Below are positions 8,584-18,913 of a stretch of 64,000 bases of DNA, in pieces. A model generated the notes under the pieces. The model saw only the letters and a program-made list of their open reading frames with translations. It ran no database searches and was not told where the DNA came from. The stretch is from Candidatus Woesearchaeota archaeon (GTDB lineage Archaea > Nanobdellota > Nanobdellia > Woesearchaeales > GW2011-AR4): positions 1 through 64,000 of the forward strand of contig JACOZN010000005.1 in NCBI GenBank assembly GCA_016181305.1, in the 5' to 3' direction. Position 1 is the first letter of the stretch, and every line of letters begins with the position of its first letter. Both the position numbers and the translations under genes were made by a program.

Positions 8584-8742
8584 TCACTCCCTTAAGCTGG
8601 GCATTTTTTCCTCGTAGCCGCAGTTTGAGCAGCGCACGGCATTGCCCTCGAAAGCCAGCGCCAGCTGCCTGCACCTCGGGCATTGCTTCAAAACAGAAAA
8701 CTTCTTTAGCTTTTTTTCAAACCGCTCCTCATCATGATTCAT
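8584..8742 (-). CDS. Small C4 zinc-ribbon protein (52 aa)
   Basis: Manual translation ...QCPRCRQLALAFEGNAVRCSNCGYEEK; stop abuts the NYN start. Confidence 0.7.
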   Translation of the reverse strand: MNHDEERFEKKLKKFSVLKQCPRCRQLALAFEGNAVRCSNCGYEEKMPSLRE

Positions 8743-8818
8743 GACTATTTTTGCTGTTGCTCCGCTTATATATAAAGTTTGTGAAAAATGAAAATTATCA
8801 GCAAAACCAAAGAAGCAG

Positions 8819-9031
8819 CTATTTTATGATCTCATACTCTTTGACTACAATCCATGAAAATATGAACAGGATTACCGCGCCTGCAATTATCCACGACAGC
8901 CCTGCCTGCGTGGTGTCATTATACATCAGGTAAAGCCCGTAAGCCATTATTCCAAACCCCAGCCAGAGGAACTTGTCCAAAACCATTTTCATAATCTCAA
9001 ATTCCTGCTGCTCCGATAGCCTTCTTTTCAT
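8819..9031 (-). CDS. Small 2-TM membrane protein
   Basis: 70 aa, two hydrophobic helices. Confidence 0.7.
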   Translation of the reverse strand: MKRRLSEQQEFEIMKMVLDKFLWLGFGIMAYGLYLMYNDTTQAGLSWIIAGAVILFIFSWIVVKEYEIIK

Positions 9032-9035
9032 TGTT

Positions 9036-9605
9036 TCATCCCTTTACAACTATAAAAAAGTCTTTCTGCGCGTAAATATAATCAGGGTCCGCCACTCCTA
9101 CGCTTTCATCAGTCACTTCAAAGTTTAAAACATACGAGCCTGCAGGAGTCGCGGTTGGTATTTTCAGCCTTAGGTTTTTCACATCAGCCTCTGCCGAAGC
9201 CAGCTTGTAGCCGTTTGGCGGCTGGGCCGTCTGGAACCATTGTGGATTCTCGATTTGGAATGTCCCTCCCTGTGTGCCTGAAGCCGGTATGAAGGAAACA
9301 GGCGTGAACCTGAGCTTGTAGCTAAGTGTTGAATCCTTTTTGTTTCTTACGCCTACAGTCAGGATAGTGGATTCCCCCTTGCCAAGCTCAATCTGGGTTT
9401 TTGGAAATGCAACCTTTTTGTCGCCTGAAATCAGGTCTTCCAGAACCTTATTCTTCACCTGATCAGTAACATCGCCGCCTATCTCGCCGACTTTCCCGAA
9501 CAGCCCCCTTATAAAGCCAAGCCCGAGCCCCAGAAGGGTCATAGCCAGCACGACAATAACAATAGCCTGTATTGAAATTTCTAAAGAAGCCCTTTTATTA
9601 AGCAT
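9036..9605 (-). CDS. Archaeal type IV pilin-like protein (class III signal peptide)
   Basis: MLNKRA/SLEISIQAIVIVVLAMTLLGLGLGFI; C-domain resembles that of 3616-4149. Confidence 0.75.
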   Translation of the reverse strand: MLNKRASLEISIQAIVIVVLAMTLLGLGLGFIRGLFGKVGEIGGDVTDQVKNKVLEDLISGDKKVAFPKTQIELGKGESTILTVGVRNKKDSTLSYKLRFTPVSFIPASGTQGGTFQIENPQWFQTAQPPNGYKLASAEADVKNLRLKIPTATPAGSYVLNFEVTDESVGVADPDYIYAQKDFFIVVKG

Positions 9606-9729
9606 TCACACACCTCTTTTTTATGCAATCGGGTTATATTTTATTAAATTACACAACTAATTTATAAACTTTTCTAAATTGCACAATTCAATAGCAACCT
9701 TTAAAAATCAGTGAAAAATTCTGTTTGGT

Positions 9730-10266
9730 ATGGCAAGACTAAGGACATTTGTTTCTTACAGGAGGCTTAAAAGGCCCTACACAAGGACGTCAAAATTCAA
9801 GGCAAAGTCTTACATAAAGATGACTCCGAACGTTAAGGTAGTTAGGTTCGACACAGGCGACGCAAGCAAGGATTTCAGCTATACCCTAAACCTACTCTCA
9901 AAGTCGGATTTGCAGATAAGGGACAATGCGCTGGAAAGCGCAAGACAAACCTCAAACAAGTTGCTGGAAACACATCTTGGCTTGAACGGGTTTCACCTAA
10001 AAGTCAAAGTCTACCCTTATCATGTTCTCAGGGAGCATGCCCTTGCATCGGGAGCAGGCGCTGACAGGTTCAGCTCCGGCATGGCACATTCATTCGGCAA
10101 GCCGATTGGATTGGCTGCAAGAATAAAAAAGGGGCAGGCAATTTTTCAGGTAAGCGTTGACAAGCAGAACCTTGAAATTGCAAAGCAGGCGCTTGAAAGG
10201 GCCTCGAAGAAGCTTCCTTGCTCTTGTACGATACAGCTTACTGGCAATAAAAATATCAAGCAATGA
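9730..10266 (+). CDS. rpl10e: 50S ribosomal protein L10e/uL16
   Basis: QIRDNALESARQ, GADRFSSGMAHSFGKP motifs. Confidence 0.96.
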   Translation: MARLRTFVSYRRLKRPYTRTSKFKAKSYIKMTPNVKVVRFDTGDASKDFSYTLNLLSKSDLQIRDNALESARQTSNKLLETHLGLNGFHLKVKVYPYHVLREHALASGAGADRFSSGMAHSFGKPIGLAARIKKGQAIFQVSVDKQNLEIAKQALERASKKLPCSCTIQLTGNKNIKQ

Positions 10267-10322
10267 GTCTCTCATCTTTGGCTTTCGAAAACTATAAATA
10301 GGTCTTTTGATATTCATTTTTC

Positions 10323-11372
10323 ATGGTTCTCGAATTGCTCGACAATATTACCCCAAACAAGTACCTCCATTCTGTCATCATACTCCTGGTTTTTTATGCA
10401 TTGTCGGAGCTTGTCGTATTTATTTCCCAGAGGGTAATACTCCAGCTCACCAAAAAGACAAAAACCAACTTGGACGACTTGATAGTCTCCAAAACAAACA
10501 AGCCCATATCACTTATACTGATAATTCTTGGGCTTAGGCTTTCAATAATCCCGCACAAGGTGAAGCCGTACATTCTGGACATATTCGGGCATATCCTGGC
10601 ATCGCTGATTATTGTGCTGATTGCTTACATATTCATTGTCATTTTCGACATAATTATAATAAACTGGGGCAGTAAATTCGCCGCAAAAACCGAATCAAAG
10701 GTTGATGACGAGGTTGTGCTTCTGTTCCAGAGGTTTTCCAGAATAACGCTGAGCCTTATAGGGCTGATTTTTATACTTAATATTTGGGGAATTGAAGTTG
10801 CGCCTTTGCTTGCAAGCCTCGGGATTGCGGGTATTGCAGTTGCTTTTGCCCTGCAGAGCACTCTCGGCAACATTTTTGGCGGCATATCCCTTATTGTCGA
10901 CAAGAGCATTACAGTTGATGATTTCATAAGGCTCGAGGATGGCACAGAGGGCAAGGTAACCGACATAGGATTGAGAAGCACAAAAATAAAAAGCAGGGAT
11001 GGTGACCTGATTATACTTCCGAATGGCAAGCTGGCCGACTCCAAGATATACAATTACCACAAGCCGCTGCCGATAACAAGAGCCACTGTTGACTTCAGCG
11101 TCAAGTATGGCTCTGAGCCTGAAAAAGCCAGGAAAATCGCGCTTGATGAATTAAAAAAAATAAACTATGTGCTGAAAGAGCCCGTACCTGTAATTATTTT
11201 TGCCGAAATGGGTGAGTTCGCGCTTAAGTTCAAGGCGCATTTCTGGGTTAAGTCCATAAATGAAAAAATAGAGGCAAAAGATGCTGCCACAACAGCAATA
11301 TACAGCGCCCTCAACAGGAACAAGATAACTATACCCTTCCCTACAAGGACGGTCTACCTGAAAAAGGGCTGA
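10323..11372 (+). CDS. mscS: Small-conductance mechanosensitive channel
   Basis: LLASLGIAGIAVAFALQSTLGNIFGG, G.V.DIGLRSTKI, PNGKL motifs. Confidence 0.93.
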   Translation: MVLELLDNITPNKYLHSVIILLVFYALSELVVFISQRVILQLTKKTKTNLDDLIVSKTNKPISLILIILGLRLSIIPHKVKPYILDIFGHILASLIIVLIAYIFIVIFDIIIINWGSKFAAKTESKVDDEVVLLFQRFSRITLSLIGLIFILNIWGIEVAPLLASLGIAGIAVAFALQSTLGNIFGGISLIVDKSITVDDFIRLEDGTEGKVTDIGLRSTKIKSRDGDLIILPNGKLADSKIYNYHKPLPITRATVDFSVKYGSEPEKARKIALDELKKINYVLKEPVPVIIFAEMGEFALKFKAHFWVKSINEKIEAKDAATTAIYSALNRNKITIPFPTRTVYLKKG

Positions 11373-11376
11373 AGAA

Positions 11377-13914
11377 TTACCTGTTTAGTATCTCCTTGAT
11401 TATGCTGTAAGTCTCAGGATATTTGTCTATGTTGAGGATTTCTGTGTGGAGGTTTTCTCCAAATAGGCTGCTGCAGGTGCCGTTTATTTTGAATATTTCG
11501 GCATTTTCCATCTCCGCGTTTTTTGACAGGGCAATTCCATCTCCGTCTCCCAGCTTCATTTTGCAGCCCTGCCCGATTATTGCATAAATTTTGAGATTTG
11601 ACGGCTGGCTTAAGGGGTCATTCAGCTTGTTGATGAAAAGGCTGTTTTCCTGCATTTCACTGCATTCCCTGTTCTCGCCCACCAGGCTGCAGTAATCCCC
11701 TATCGGGCCTGAAATTCCTTTGTTTGGGGTCGCAATCATAATAACCCTGTCAACATCTCCTGCGCCAAAAATCTGGATGTACCTTCTTGCCACCAAGCCG
11801 CCCATTGAGTGGGCGATTATGTTAACTTTGGGCTTGCCTGTTCTTTCTTTTACGAGCTCCATTATGTCTTTCAGCCTCAGGGCGTATGTATCGATGCTTT
11901 CGCTCTTTGTCGGCACGACTATGTACTTGTCCTCTTTCTTGAATGCATCATAGTAATAGCTTGCCTTGACGCTTACAGGCCTGCCTGACAAGCCCCATAT
12001 GCCCTTTTGAAGCTGCTCGTTCCTGGAGTACAGCGAGACAATGCCGGCATTCAGGTAGCCGTCGTCCTGAAGCCGCGACTGGAGCTTGTCGAATGAGTCA
12101 AGGGAAAATTCAGGAGAATTGTCCTTTGCAAGGGAGTGCCCGTGCAGGAATATGACCGGAAATGTCTTCGGGTCGTTTTTGCAGCTTTCGTCCACGCAGC
12201 ACCGCTGGCATTTGCTGAATATGCAGCAAATCGGCGGATTGTCAGACAGGTTCGTGTCTATTTTTGAAGTAAGGTTGTAGGATATGTTTAGGCTTATCAG
12301 CTCAAAATTGAAACTGCCAAGGCTTCTCGCAGGCTTGCCTAGGCTTGAGCATTTCTCCATCAATCGCGATATCTGGCCGGATGCATTGATTTTTGATAAA
12401 AGGTACAATGAAATGTTTATTGACTCATTATAATCCAAAGCCATGATGCTGCTTATGTTTTTAGGCAGCACCTGCTCTGCAATTCGTATAATTTCAAAAT
12501 CGGTCTTATTCCCCGATTTTGCTTTTTCGAGCGACTCGTAGTAAGAATTGTTTATCTTCCTCAGCTCATTTTCCCTGAAGCTGTCAGCCAATTCCAAAAA
12601 TCTGTTGTCTGAAGGAAAGCTTATCCTTTTTTCTTCAATGACCGCCAATGACTCGTTTCTTGTGCGCAGGTATTCTTCTTCCAGTGCGCTCAATGCGCTG
12701 CAGGCTTGCTTTAACTGCAGCGAGTCAGGATGCCTTTCCGCAAATTCCCCGCTGTTTTTTATTACATTGCCTAGGGTAATGTTTTCTTTGCAGTCCTGCT
12801 TCAGGCTGCACAGGAGGTCTTTCCCCCCCTTTAAAGCTTGCCCGAGGCTGAAGAACATCTCTATGGCAGGGGCTTTTGTCCTCTCAATTAACAACATCTC
12901 CTGTTTCACGAGGCTGTCAATATCAGCCCCGATTTTGCCGTAGCTTTCAAAGGTGTTGTTTGTCATCGATGATGACACGTTATCAAAGCCGGCAATATTA
13001 ATTGAAAACTCAGTTAGCACCTTATTGCCTTCGAGGCTGCTTATAAATTCATTCAATTCATTCAGGTTCCTGCCCATCTCCCCCAATCTTGACAATAATT
13101 CGTTATGCAGCAAAATAACATTGTCGATGTCTTTATCCATGCCATCTATCGATTTTTTGATATTGTCCAGGCTTGCAAAAAAGCTTTCATTAAACATCTT
13201 GCTTAATTTTGTATAGTTTTCAACCGACCAGACGCTCCTGAGGTTCTCTATGGATAGCCTTGTTTTGCCGTAAGCATCGTCGATTTCCGCCTTTCGGCTT
13301 GATAAATTAAGCAGGTTAGCTTTGTGAGCCAGTTCAAAATATTTTTGGCTCAGCTGCTGCAGCATAACATCAGAAGCAGCCAGCTGCTCAAGCAGTTCAG
13401 TGACATTCTGCCCCAGGGTTTTTTTAAGCTCCTTTTCGGTTTCTGTAAGGTCATAGTTTAGGGTTACCAGAGAAGACCTTGATTTTTCATCGCCTCTTGT
13501 CAGGCAAAGGAAAGAGCGTATGCTGCGGCATTGGACATCAAAGCTGTAAATATCCTGCCCGGAGCCGAGCCTTTTGACGCTGACTTCATAGCTTTTTGCA
13601 ATATGCTGCTGGCTCTTAAGAATAAACTCGCCTTTGTCAATTACGCTGTTCGCGCTCCTGTCGGTAAAAGAATAGGAGCATGACGCTTTGCAGTACGCAG
13701 CATTGCCAATTGAAACATCAAAGCCAATCCTGCTTTTGTCGCCGTAATGCATTATGAGTGATTTTTCAGGAGGGTTAAGGCTTACTATCAGCTCATTGCC
13801 CAGCAGGAAATTTATCTTTTGATTAAACACCACAATCAAATAAATCAGGAGCAATGCTACAACAATTATTACTGGCATCTCGTATTTCTTAAAAAAAGGC
13901 TTCTGCTTGTCCAT
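11377..13914 (-). CDS. Large membrane-anchored alpha/beta hydrolase (lipase/esterase-like C-domain)
   Basis: N-terminal TM, long helical region, then VIFLHGH, AHSMGG nucleophile elbow, DGDG and H motifs. Confidence 0.8.
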   Translation of the reverse strand: MDKQKPFFKKYEMPVIIVVALLLIYLIVVFNQKINFLLGNELIVSLNPPEKSLIMHYGDKSRIGFDVSIGNAAYCKASCSYSFTDRSANSVIDKGEFILKSQQHIAKSYEVSVKRLGSGQDIYSFDVQCRSIRSFLCLTRGDEKSRSSLVTLNYDLTETEKELKKTLGQNVTELLEQLAASDVMLQQLSQKYFELAHKANLLNLSSRKAEIDDAYGKTRLSIENLRSVWSVENYTKLSKMFNESFFASLDNIKKSIDGMDKDIDNVILLHNELLSRLGEMGRNLNELNEFISSLEGNKVLTEFSINIAGFDNVSSSMTNNTFESYGKIGADIDSLVKQEMLLIERTKAPAIEMFFSLGQALKGGKDLLCSLKQDCKENITLGNVIKNSGEFAERHPDSLQLKQACSALSALEEEYLRTRNESLAVIEEKRISFPSDNRFLELADSFRENELRKINNSYYESLEKAKSGNKTDFEIIRIAEQVLPKNISSIMALDYNESINISLYLLSKINASGQISRLMEKCSSLGKPARSLGSFNFELISLNISYNLTSKIDTNLSDNPPICCIFSKCQRCCVDESCKNDPKTFPVIFLHGHSLAKDNSPEFSLDSFDKLQSRLQDDGYLNAGIVSLYSRNEQLQKGIWGLSGRPVSVKASYYYDAFKKEDKYIVVPTKSESIDTYALRLKDIMELVKERTGKPKVNIIAHSMGGLVARRYIQIFGAGDVDRVIMIATPNKGISGPIGDYCSLVGENRECSEMQENSLFINKLNDPLSQPSNLKIYAIIGQGCKMKLGDGDGIALSKNAEMENAEIFKINGTCSSLFGENLHTEILNIDKYPETYSIIKEILNR

Positions 13915-14030
13915 GGCTTGTCAATATTCTAGGTAGGTTAAATAGTTTTTGGGAAATATACCTAGAACTTCATAGAGATATTTATTTCCATATAGCAAAT
14001 AATTTAATCATATTATTTTGCATATAAGCA

Positions 14031-14050
14031 ACCGAAAGCTTTAAATATAA
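14031..14050 (+). promoter_or_regulatory. Archaeal BRE/TATA promoter (accgaaagctttaaatataa)
   Basis: Purine-rich BRE followed by TTTAAATA upstream of the antiporter gene; near-identical motif at 18871-18890. Confidence 0.55.
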
Positions 14051-14166
14051 GTAACTTACATTTTAAGGCTATTAATATACATTTTTGTATACCAATATAG
14101 AAAATTAAGTAAAAAATCGTTGGGCTTGATAGTTTTATTTATCTGACTCAACACAAGAGTGTTAAA

Positions 14167-15894
14167 TTGGCAACAGAATTGATTAGCTTAGGAGTACTTT
14201 TCTTATGCGCTATAGCAGGCGGAGTTATAGCTGCCAGATTCAAACAGCCGGCTGTATTCGGCTTGCTGCTTGTAGGCGCCGTAATAGGCCCGAATCTTCT
14301 CAATCTTGTCCAGGACGCCGGAATGATAAGCATGATGGCTGACTTTGGCGCAATACTCATATTATTCATCATAGGGCTGGAGTTTGACATATCAAAGCTT
14401 ATGAAGATCGGTGCAAGATCTATACTAATAGGGCTTCTGAAATTTGCTATTGTCCTTTTTTTTGGCTATGAAACTGCTTTGCTGCTGGGATTCGGCGCAA
14501 AAGTTGCCCTGTTTACAGGAGTCATATTGTCGTTCAGCAGCACGATTGTTGTCGTGAAAGTGCTTGAACAGAAGGAGATGTTCAGCAGGAAGGAAGTTCC
14601 CCTGCTGATTGCTGTGCTGATAATAGAAGATATAATAGCAGTCATAGCGCTTACATTCTTCTCAGCAGTAAAGGATCCTGGCACAAGCGTGATATCAACG
14701 TTTGAGCACATAATATTTTCACTTGCAATCCTGATATTCGCATATTTTATCACGATCAAGATTCTGAAGCACGGGGTAAGCTTAATACTGAAAAACAGCA
14801 GCGACGAATCTGTGCTGATTTTCCTCTCGCTGGGGATAGGTTCCCTGTTCAGCTACTTTGCATTCTCGCTTGGGCTGACGCCGTCGGCAGGCGCATTTTT
14901 GGCAGGCAGCCTCATAGCGTCGCTGCAGAATGCTAAAGAATACGGGAAAGCCATACAGCCGTATGCCTTGATTTTCTCGTCGCTGTTCTTTATATCCATG
15001 GGCACTATGGTTGACTTCAGGGCGATTGAGCTGAATCTTGCGCTCATCGCAGCCCTGATGTTTACCGTGCTTATCTCAAGGTTCATAGCAATAGGATTTT
15101 TGACTATGCTGCTGGCAAACTTCAGGAACGAGCAGCCTTTCTTTTCAAGCATTGCAATGATGTCTGTCGGGGAGTTCTCCCTGCTGGTTGCAAAAGAAAG
15201 CGAGAAATTCTCGCTTGGCATAGACTTGGTTACAATAACAGCCTCTATAATCTTCATCAGCGCGGTGCTGATGTCCATTGGCATAAACTACAGCGAGAGT
15301 ATATCCAACTCCATGAGCTCAAGAGTCCCGCTGAAAACAAAGCTGAAGCTGGAGAGGCTTTCAAACTACATGAGGAAGTTTTTTGACCAGACTGAAATAG
15401 AGAACTTCTTCACAAAAAAGCTCAGGGCAGACTCAAAAATGGCTTTCATGCTCGCGGTCCTGGCTATGTTTGTTTTCTTTACCTTAAGGAGGATGTCCGC
15501 TTTAGTGGGGCTTAATTTTCACCCCTTTGTTTTGTATGCATTTTATGCGGCAAGCGCCATGCTGATGGCTTACCTGCTGAAAATCACATGGAACAGGATT
15601 AGGGAGATACACCGCACGCTTTCAGTCATACTTACCAACGTGGACAGCTCGAGGAACATAAAAAAGTGCACAAGGATACTCAACAGCCTGCTGATGGCGC
15701 TGCTGCTTTTGTTCTCGGCAATGCTTTTCCCGTTTGCAATGTTCTCATTCAACTTCAGCGGCTGGATGAATGCAGTGCCCTTTGCACTGATGCTGGCTGC
15801 GTTTTACTACATAAAAAGGCTTGTTGTGCTTATCGACGGGCATTCCGGCTACCATGAGGGATACATCGCAGGCATTTCGACGGCAAAATTCTAG
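14167..15894 (+). CDS. Cation:proton antiporter (CPA2/Kef-type)
   Basis: G..LILFIIGLEFD, SSTIVVVKVL, IIEDI, GAFLAG, GEFSLLVA motifs; TTG start. Confidence 0.9.
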   Translation: MATELISLGVLFLCAIAGGVIAARFKQPAVFGLLLVGAVIGPNLLNLVQDAGMISMMADFGAILILFIIGLEFDISKLMKIGARSILIGLLKFAIVLFFGYETALLLGFGAKVALFTGVILSFSSTIVVVKVLEQKEMFSRKEVPLLIAVLIIEDIIAVIALTFFSAVKDPGTSVISTFEHIIFSLAILIFAYFITIKILKHGVSLILKNSSDESVLIFLSLGIGSLFSYFAFSLGLTPSAGAFLAGSLIASLQNAKEYGKAIQPYALIFSSLFFISMGTMVDFRAIELNLALIAALMFTVLISRFIAIGFLTMLLANFRNEQPFFSSIAMMSVGEFSLLVAKESEKFSLGIDLVTITASIIFISAVLMSIGINYSESISNSMSSRVPLKTKLKLERLSNYMRKFFDQTEIENFFTKKLRADSKMAFMLAVLAMFVFFTLRRMSALVGLNFHPFVLYAFYAASAMLMAYLLKITWNRIREIHRTLSVILTNVDSSRNIKKCTRILNSLLMALLLLFSAMLFPFAMFSFNFSGWMNAVPFALMLAAFYYIKRLVVLIDGHSGYHEGYIAGISTAKF

Positions 15895-16030
15895 GAAATA
15901 AAGCAAGCCCGGCAATTGCAAATCAATTTCCTGCTCCTGAAGCCAAAACATAATCCCAAAACTATTTAAATTAAGCACTGTTCACTTCCTTATCTGATTA
16001 TGATAATACATAATGGGACAGGAGGCAAAA

Positions 16031-16528
16031 ATGGTCAGCTTTAAACTTTGCATTTCAGACCCTTCGACAGGGCGGACATTCCAAAAAGAGGTAAAGGACA
16101 GCACTGCAAAGCCGTTTATCGGCTTGAACATAGGGGAGAGCATAAAAGGCGACGCGATTGAGCTTGGAGGATATGGGCTCCAGATAACCGGAGGCTCTGA
16201 CTATTGCGGCTTTCCGATGAGGAAGGGAATTCTCGGCTTGAGGAAAAAGCTTGTGATTTACGGCGGAGTCGGGTTTGGCGGCGCAGGCAAGGGCATCAAA
16301 AAGAAAAAAACAGTGTGCGGGCACAAGATACACGACAGGATTTCGCAGATAAACCTTAAAGTCACGAAGCAAGGCACTAAGAAGCTTGCAGAAATTTTTG
16401 GAGTCCCTGAGAATGCGGAAAAGCAGGGGAAAGCCGAGGCAAAAGAGGAAAAGAAGGAATTGAAAGAGCACAAAGAAGCAAAGAAGGAAGCCAAGGAAGA
16501 GAAAAAAGAGCAGATTTTAAAATCATAA
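16031..16528 (+). CDS. rps6e: 30S ribosomal protein S6e
   Basis: FKLCISDP, ITGGSDYCGFPMR motifs; GGAGG upstream of ATG 16031. Confidence 0.96.
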   Translation: MVSFKLCISDPSTGRTFQKEVKDSTAKPFIGLNIGESIKGDAIELGGYGLQITGGSDYCGFPMRKGILGLRKKLVIYGGVGFGGAGKGIKKKKTVCGHKIHDRISQINLKVTKQGTKKLAEIFGVPENAEKQGKAEAKEEKKELKEHKEAKKEAKEEKKEQILKS

Positions 16529-16590
16529 ATGGTGTCAAAAGCAGATTCAATATAATTTCGAAATAATATTAGCGAACCGCTAATTAAAAC

Positions 16591-17871
16591 ATGGCTAGAA
16601 AGAAAAAAGATGAGCAGCAGCAAGAGTTGCAGGAAGAAGTTAAGGCGCAGCCAGCCCTTAATATAGGCATGGTTGGGCATGTTGACCACGGAAAAACAAC
16701 CCTTCTTGAGCGGTTAAGCGGCAAATGGACAGACACTCATTCTGAAGAGCTTAAGCGCGGCATCACTATACGGCTGGGATACGCTGATGTCATATTCAGG
16801 AAATGCGAGAAATGTGAAGGCGCAAGAGCCTACACTACAAAGGAAAAATGCCCTGTTGACGGCTCTGAAACAATCCCATTGAGAAAAGTCAGCTTTGTTG
16901 ATGCTCCTGGGCACGAGTCATTGATGGCGACAATGCTTTCGGGCGCGACTATAATGGACGGCGCCTTGCTTCTCGTCGCTGCAAACGAGGAATGCCCGCA
17001 GCCCCAGACAAGGGAGCATTTGATGGCGCTTCAGATTATAGGAGTCAAGCACGTCATTATCATACAGAACAAAGTTGATTTGGCAAGCGGGGAGCAGGCA
17101 CTTGAAAATTACAGGCAAATAAAGGAATTTTTGAAGGGGACTGATTTTGAAAATGCGCCCGTAGTTCCGATTTCAGCCCAGCACAGGGTTGGGCTTGGCT
17201 ACCTTATAAAGGCGATTGAGGAGAGTATCCCTACGCCTGCAAGGGACTCAGGCAAGGAACCCATAATGCTTGTTGCAAGAAGCTTTGACATAAACAAGCC
17301 CGGAATAACCCATGGCAAGATGGTTGGAGGGGTTCTTGGAGGAAGCCTGAAGCAGGGCACATTAAAAGTGAATGATATGGTGGAGATAAGGCCAGGACGC
17401 ACTTTAGTCGAGAAAAACCAGCAGGTGTGGAAGCCGCTGGCGACGAGGATAGTAAGCCTCAATTCTGGCGGCATAAATTTAGAGGAAGTCGGGCCGGGCG
17501 GCTCAGTCGGGGTGCTTACTTCCCTTGACCCCTCGATTGTGAAGTCAGACCAGCTGACAGGCTCTGTGGTCGGCTTGCCAGGAAAACTTCCAAAAGTATG
17601 GAATGAACTGATTTTGGATGTTCATTTATTGCAGAGGGTTGTTGGCACAAAAGAGGGTTTAAGCGTCGAGCCCATCAAGATGTCAGAGTCCCTTATGCTT
17701 AACGTAAACTCAGCTGCTACCGTCGGCATTGTAATAGAGCTGAAAAAGAATAAGATAAAATGCAGGCTGAAATTGCCTGTTTGCGCCGATGCAGGGCAAA
17801 GGGTTACAATTTCCAGAAGGATTGGCAACAGGTTCAGGCTGATTGGTTACGGGGAGATTGTGGAGAAGTAA
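16591..17871 (+). CDS. eif2g: Translation initiation factor 2 gamma subunit
   Basis: NIGMVGHVDHGKTT, RGITIRLGYAD, DAPGHE, QNKVD motifs. Confidence 0.97.
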   Translation: MARKKKDEQQQELQEEVKAQPALNIGMVGHVDHGKTTLLERLSGKWTDTHSEELKRGITIRLGYADVIFRKCEKCEGARAYTTKEKCPVDGSETIPLRKVSFVDAPGHESLMATMLSGATIMDGALLLVAANEECPQPQTREHLMALQIIGVKHVIIIQNKVDLASGEQALENYRQIKEFLKGTDFENAPVVPISAQHRVGLGYLIKAIEESIPTPARDSGKEPIMLVARSFDINKPGITHGKMVGGVLGGSLKQGTLKVNDMVEIRPGRTLVEKNQQVWKPLATRIVSLNSGGINLEEVGPGGSVGVLTSLDPSIVKSDQLTGSVVGLPGKLPKVWNELILDVHLLQRVVGTKEGLSVEPIKMSESLMLNVNSAATVGIVIELKKNKIKCRLKLPVCADAGQRVTISRRIGNRFRLIGYGEIVEK

Positions 17872-17876
17872 AAAGC

Positions 17877-18809
17877 TTAATATTTAATTTTAATTTCTGC
17901 TAAACCCAAAACATTTTGTTGTTCGTTTTGATTAAAAATAAGATGTCTTACTTGTATTAAGCTTCCACCATTTTCTTGTGGGAGTTCAATTGTCGCAACT
18001 CTTTGAACTTCTCCTTTGTCTTTTGCAATGACTCCAAACATTTTTTCCATGCTAATTCCCACCTGTCCAAGTGCTTTCATAATCCCATCATCAATTCTTA
18101 CTCCCAAATAAAATGTTCCTTCATTCTTAAGAATTCTAGGTAATTCATAAACCAATTTCTTAGAAAGTTCCGCCGAAGAATTCGTTTCGTATGATGTCCT
18201 TTCTTCGTCCAGAAAATGAGTGCCCTTAAATACGTCATAACTTCCCCATAGCATGAAAGTAACTATATCTGCTTTTGTTTCGCCCTCTGCAAGCATTTTC
18301 TCGGTTATATGCAGTTTTGTAATGTCATCTAAAAGAAGGGTGTAACCTCTTCTCAAATGTGCTGGTAGTGGTTTAAGCTCAAACCCAATTTTACTGTTAA
18401 ATTCAAGTGTAGAGTCAGAGTACCTATCTACTTGCCATTTGGCTTTAAGTTTATCTTCAGCTAACTGCAAACAATAACCATTTAAATCAACCCCAACTGC
18501 TGGAGTTTTACTCCATTGTGTAAGAAAATTTCCCGTTCCACATCCCAAATCAATTAAAAGACCATCTTTTTCACCTATGAATTCTGAAATCTTCCTGTAA
18601 ACTCCACTATCTCTGTGCAAATTGGATATTCTTTCCCACTCATAAGCATAATTTCTTGTCTTGTCATCCAATGTTTTGGCAACATTTCTTACAGCAGTCG
18701 TTGGACTTTCTTTAAAATGATGCCTAATGGTTCGTCTAGCATTTGCATCTGCGATAGATTCAAGGGCAGATCCCCTCCATTTTCTAAAGTATGTTTCTGA
18801 AAAAGGCAT
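17877..18809 (-). CDS. Class I SAM-dependent methyltransferase-like protein (AT-rich)
   Basis: LIDLGCGTG motif I and VGVDLN motif. Confidence 0.7.
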   Translation of the reverse strand: MPFSETYFRKWRGSALESIADANARRTIRHHFKESPTTAVRNVAKTLDDKTRNYAYEWERISNLHRDSGVYRKISEFIGEKDGLLIDLGCGTGNFLTQWSKTPAVGVDLNGYCLQLAEDKLKAKWQVDRYSDSTLEFNSKIGFELKPLPAHLRRGYTLLLDDITKLHITEKMLAEGETKADIVTFMLWGSYDVFKGTHFLDEERTSYETNSSAELSKKLVYELPRILKNEGTFYLGVRIDDGIMKALGQVGISMEKMFGVIAKDKGEVQRVATIELPQENGGSLIQVRHLIFNQNEQQNVLGLAEIKIKY

Positions 18810-18870
18810 AAAACTTTGGCTAAAAATATACTTTATAAACCTTTTTCTTTTTAACCACTTTAAAGTAGCA

Positions 18871-18890
18871 AAAACCGAAAGGTTTAAATA
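18871..18890 (+). promoter_or_regulatory. Archaeal BRE/TATA promoter (aaaaccgaaaggtttaaata)
   Basis: TTTAAATA about 24 nt upstream of ATG 18914. Confidence 0.6.
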
Positions 18891-18913
18891 CTAGTTCTTT
18901 CTCTGTATATGGC

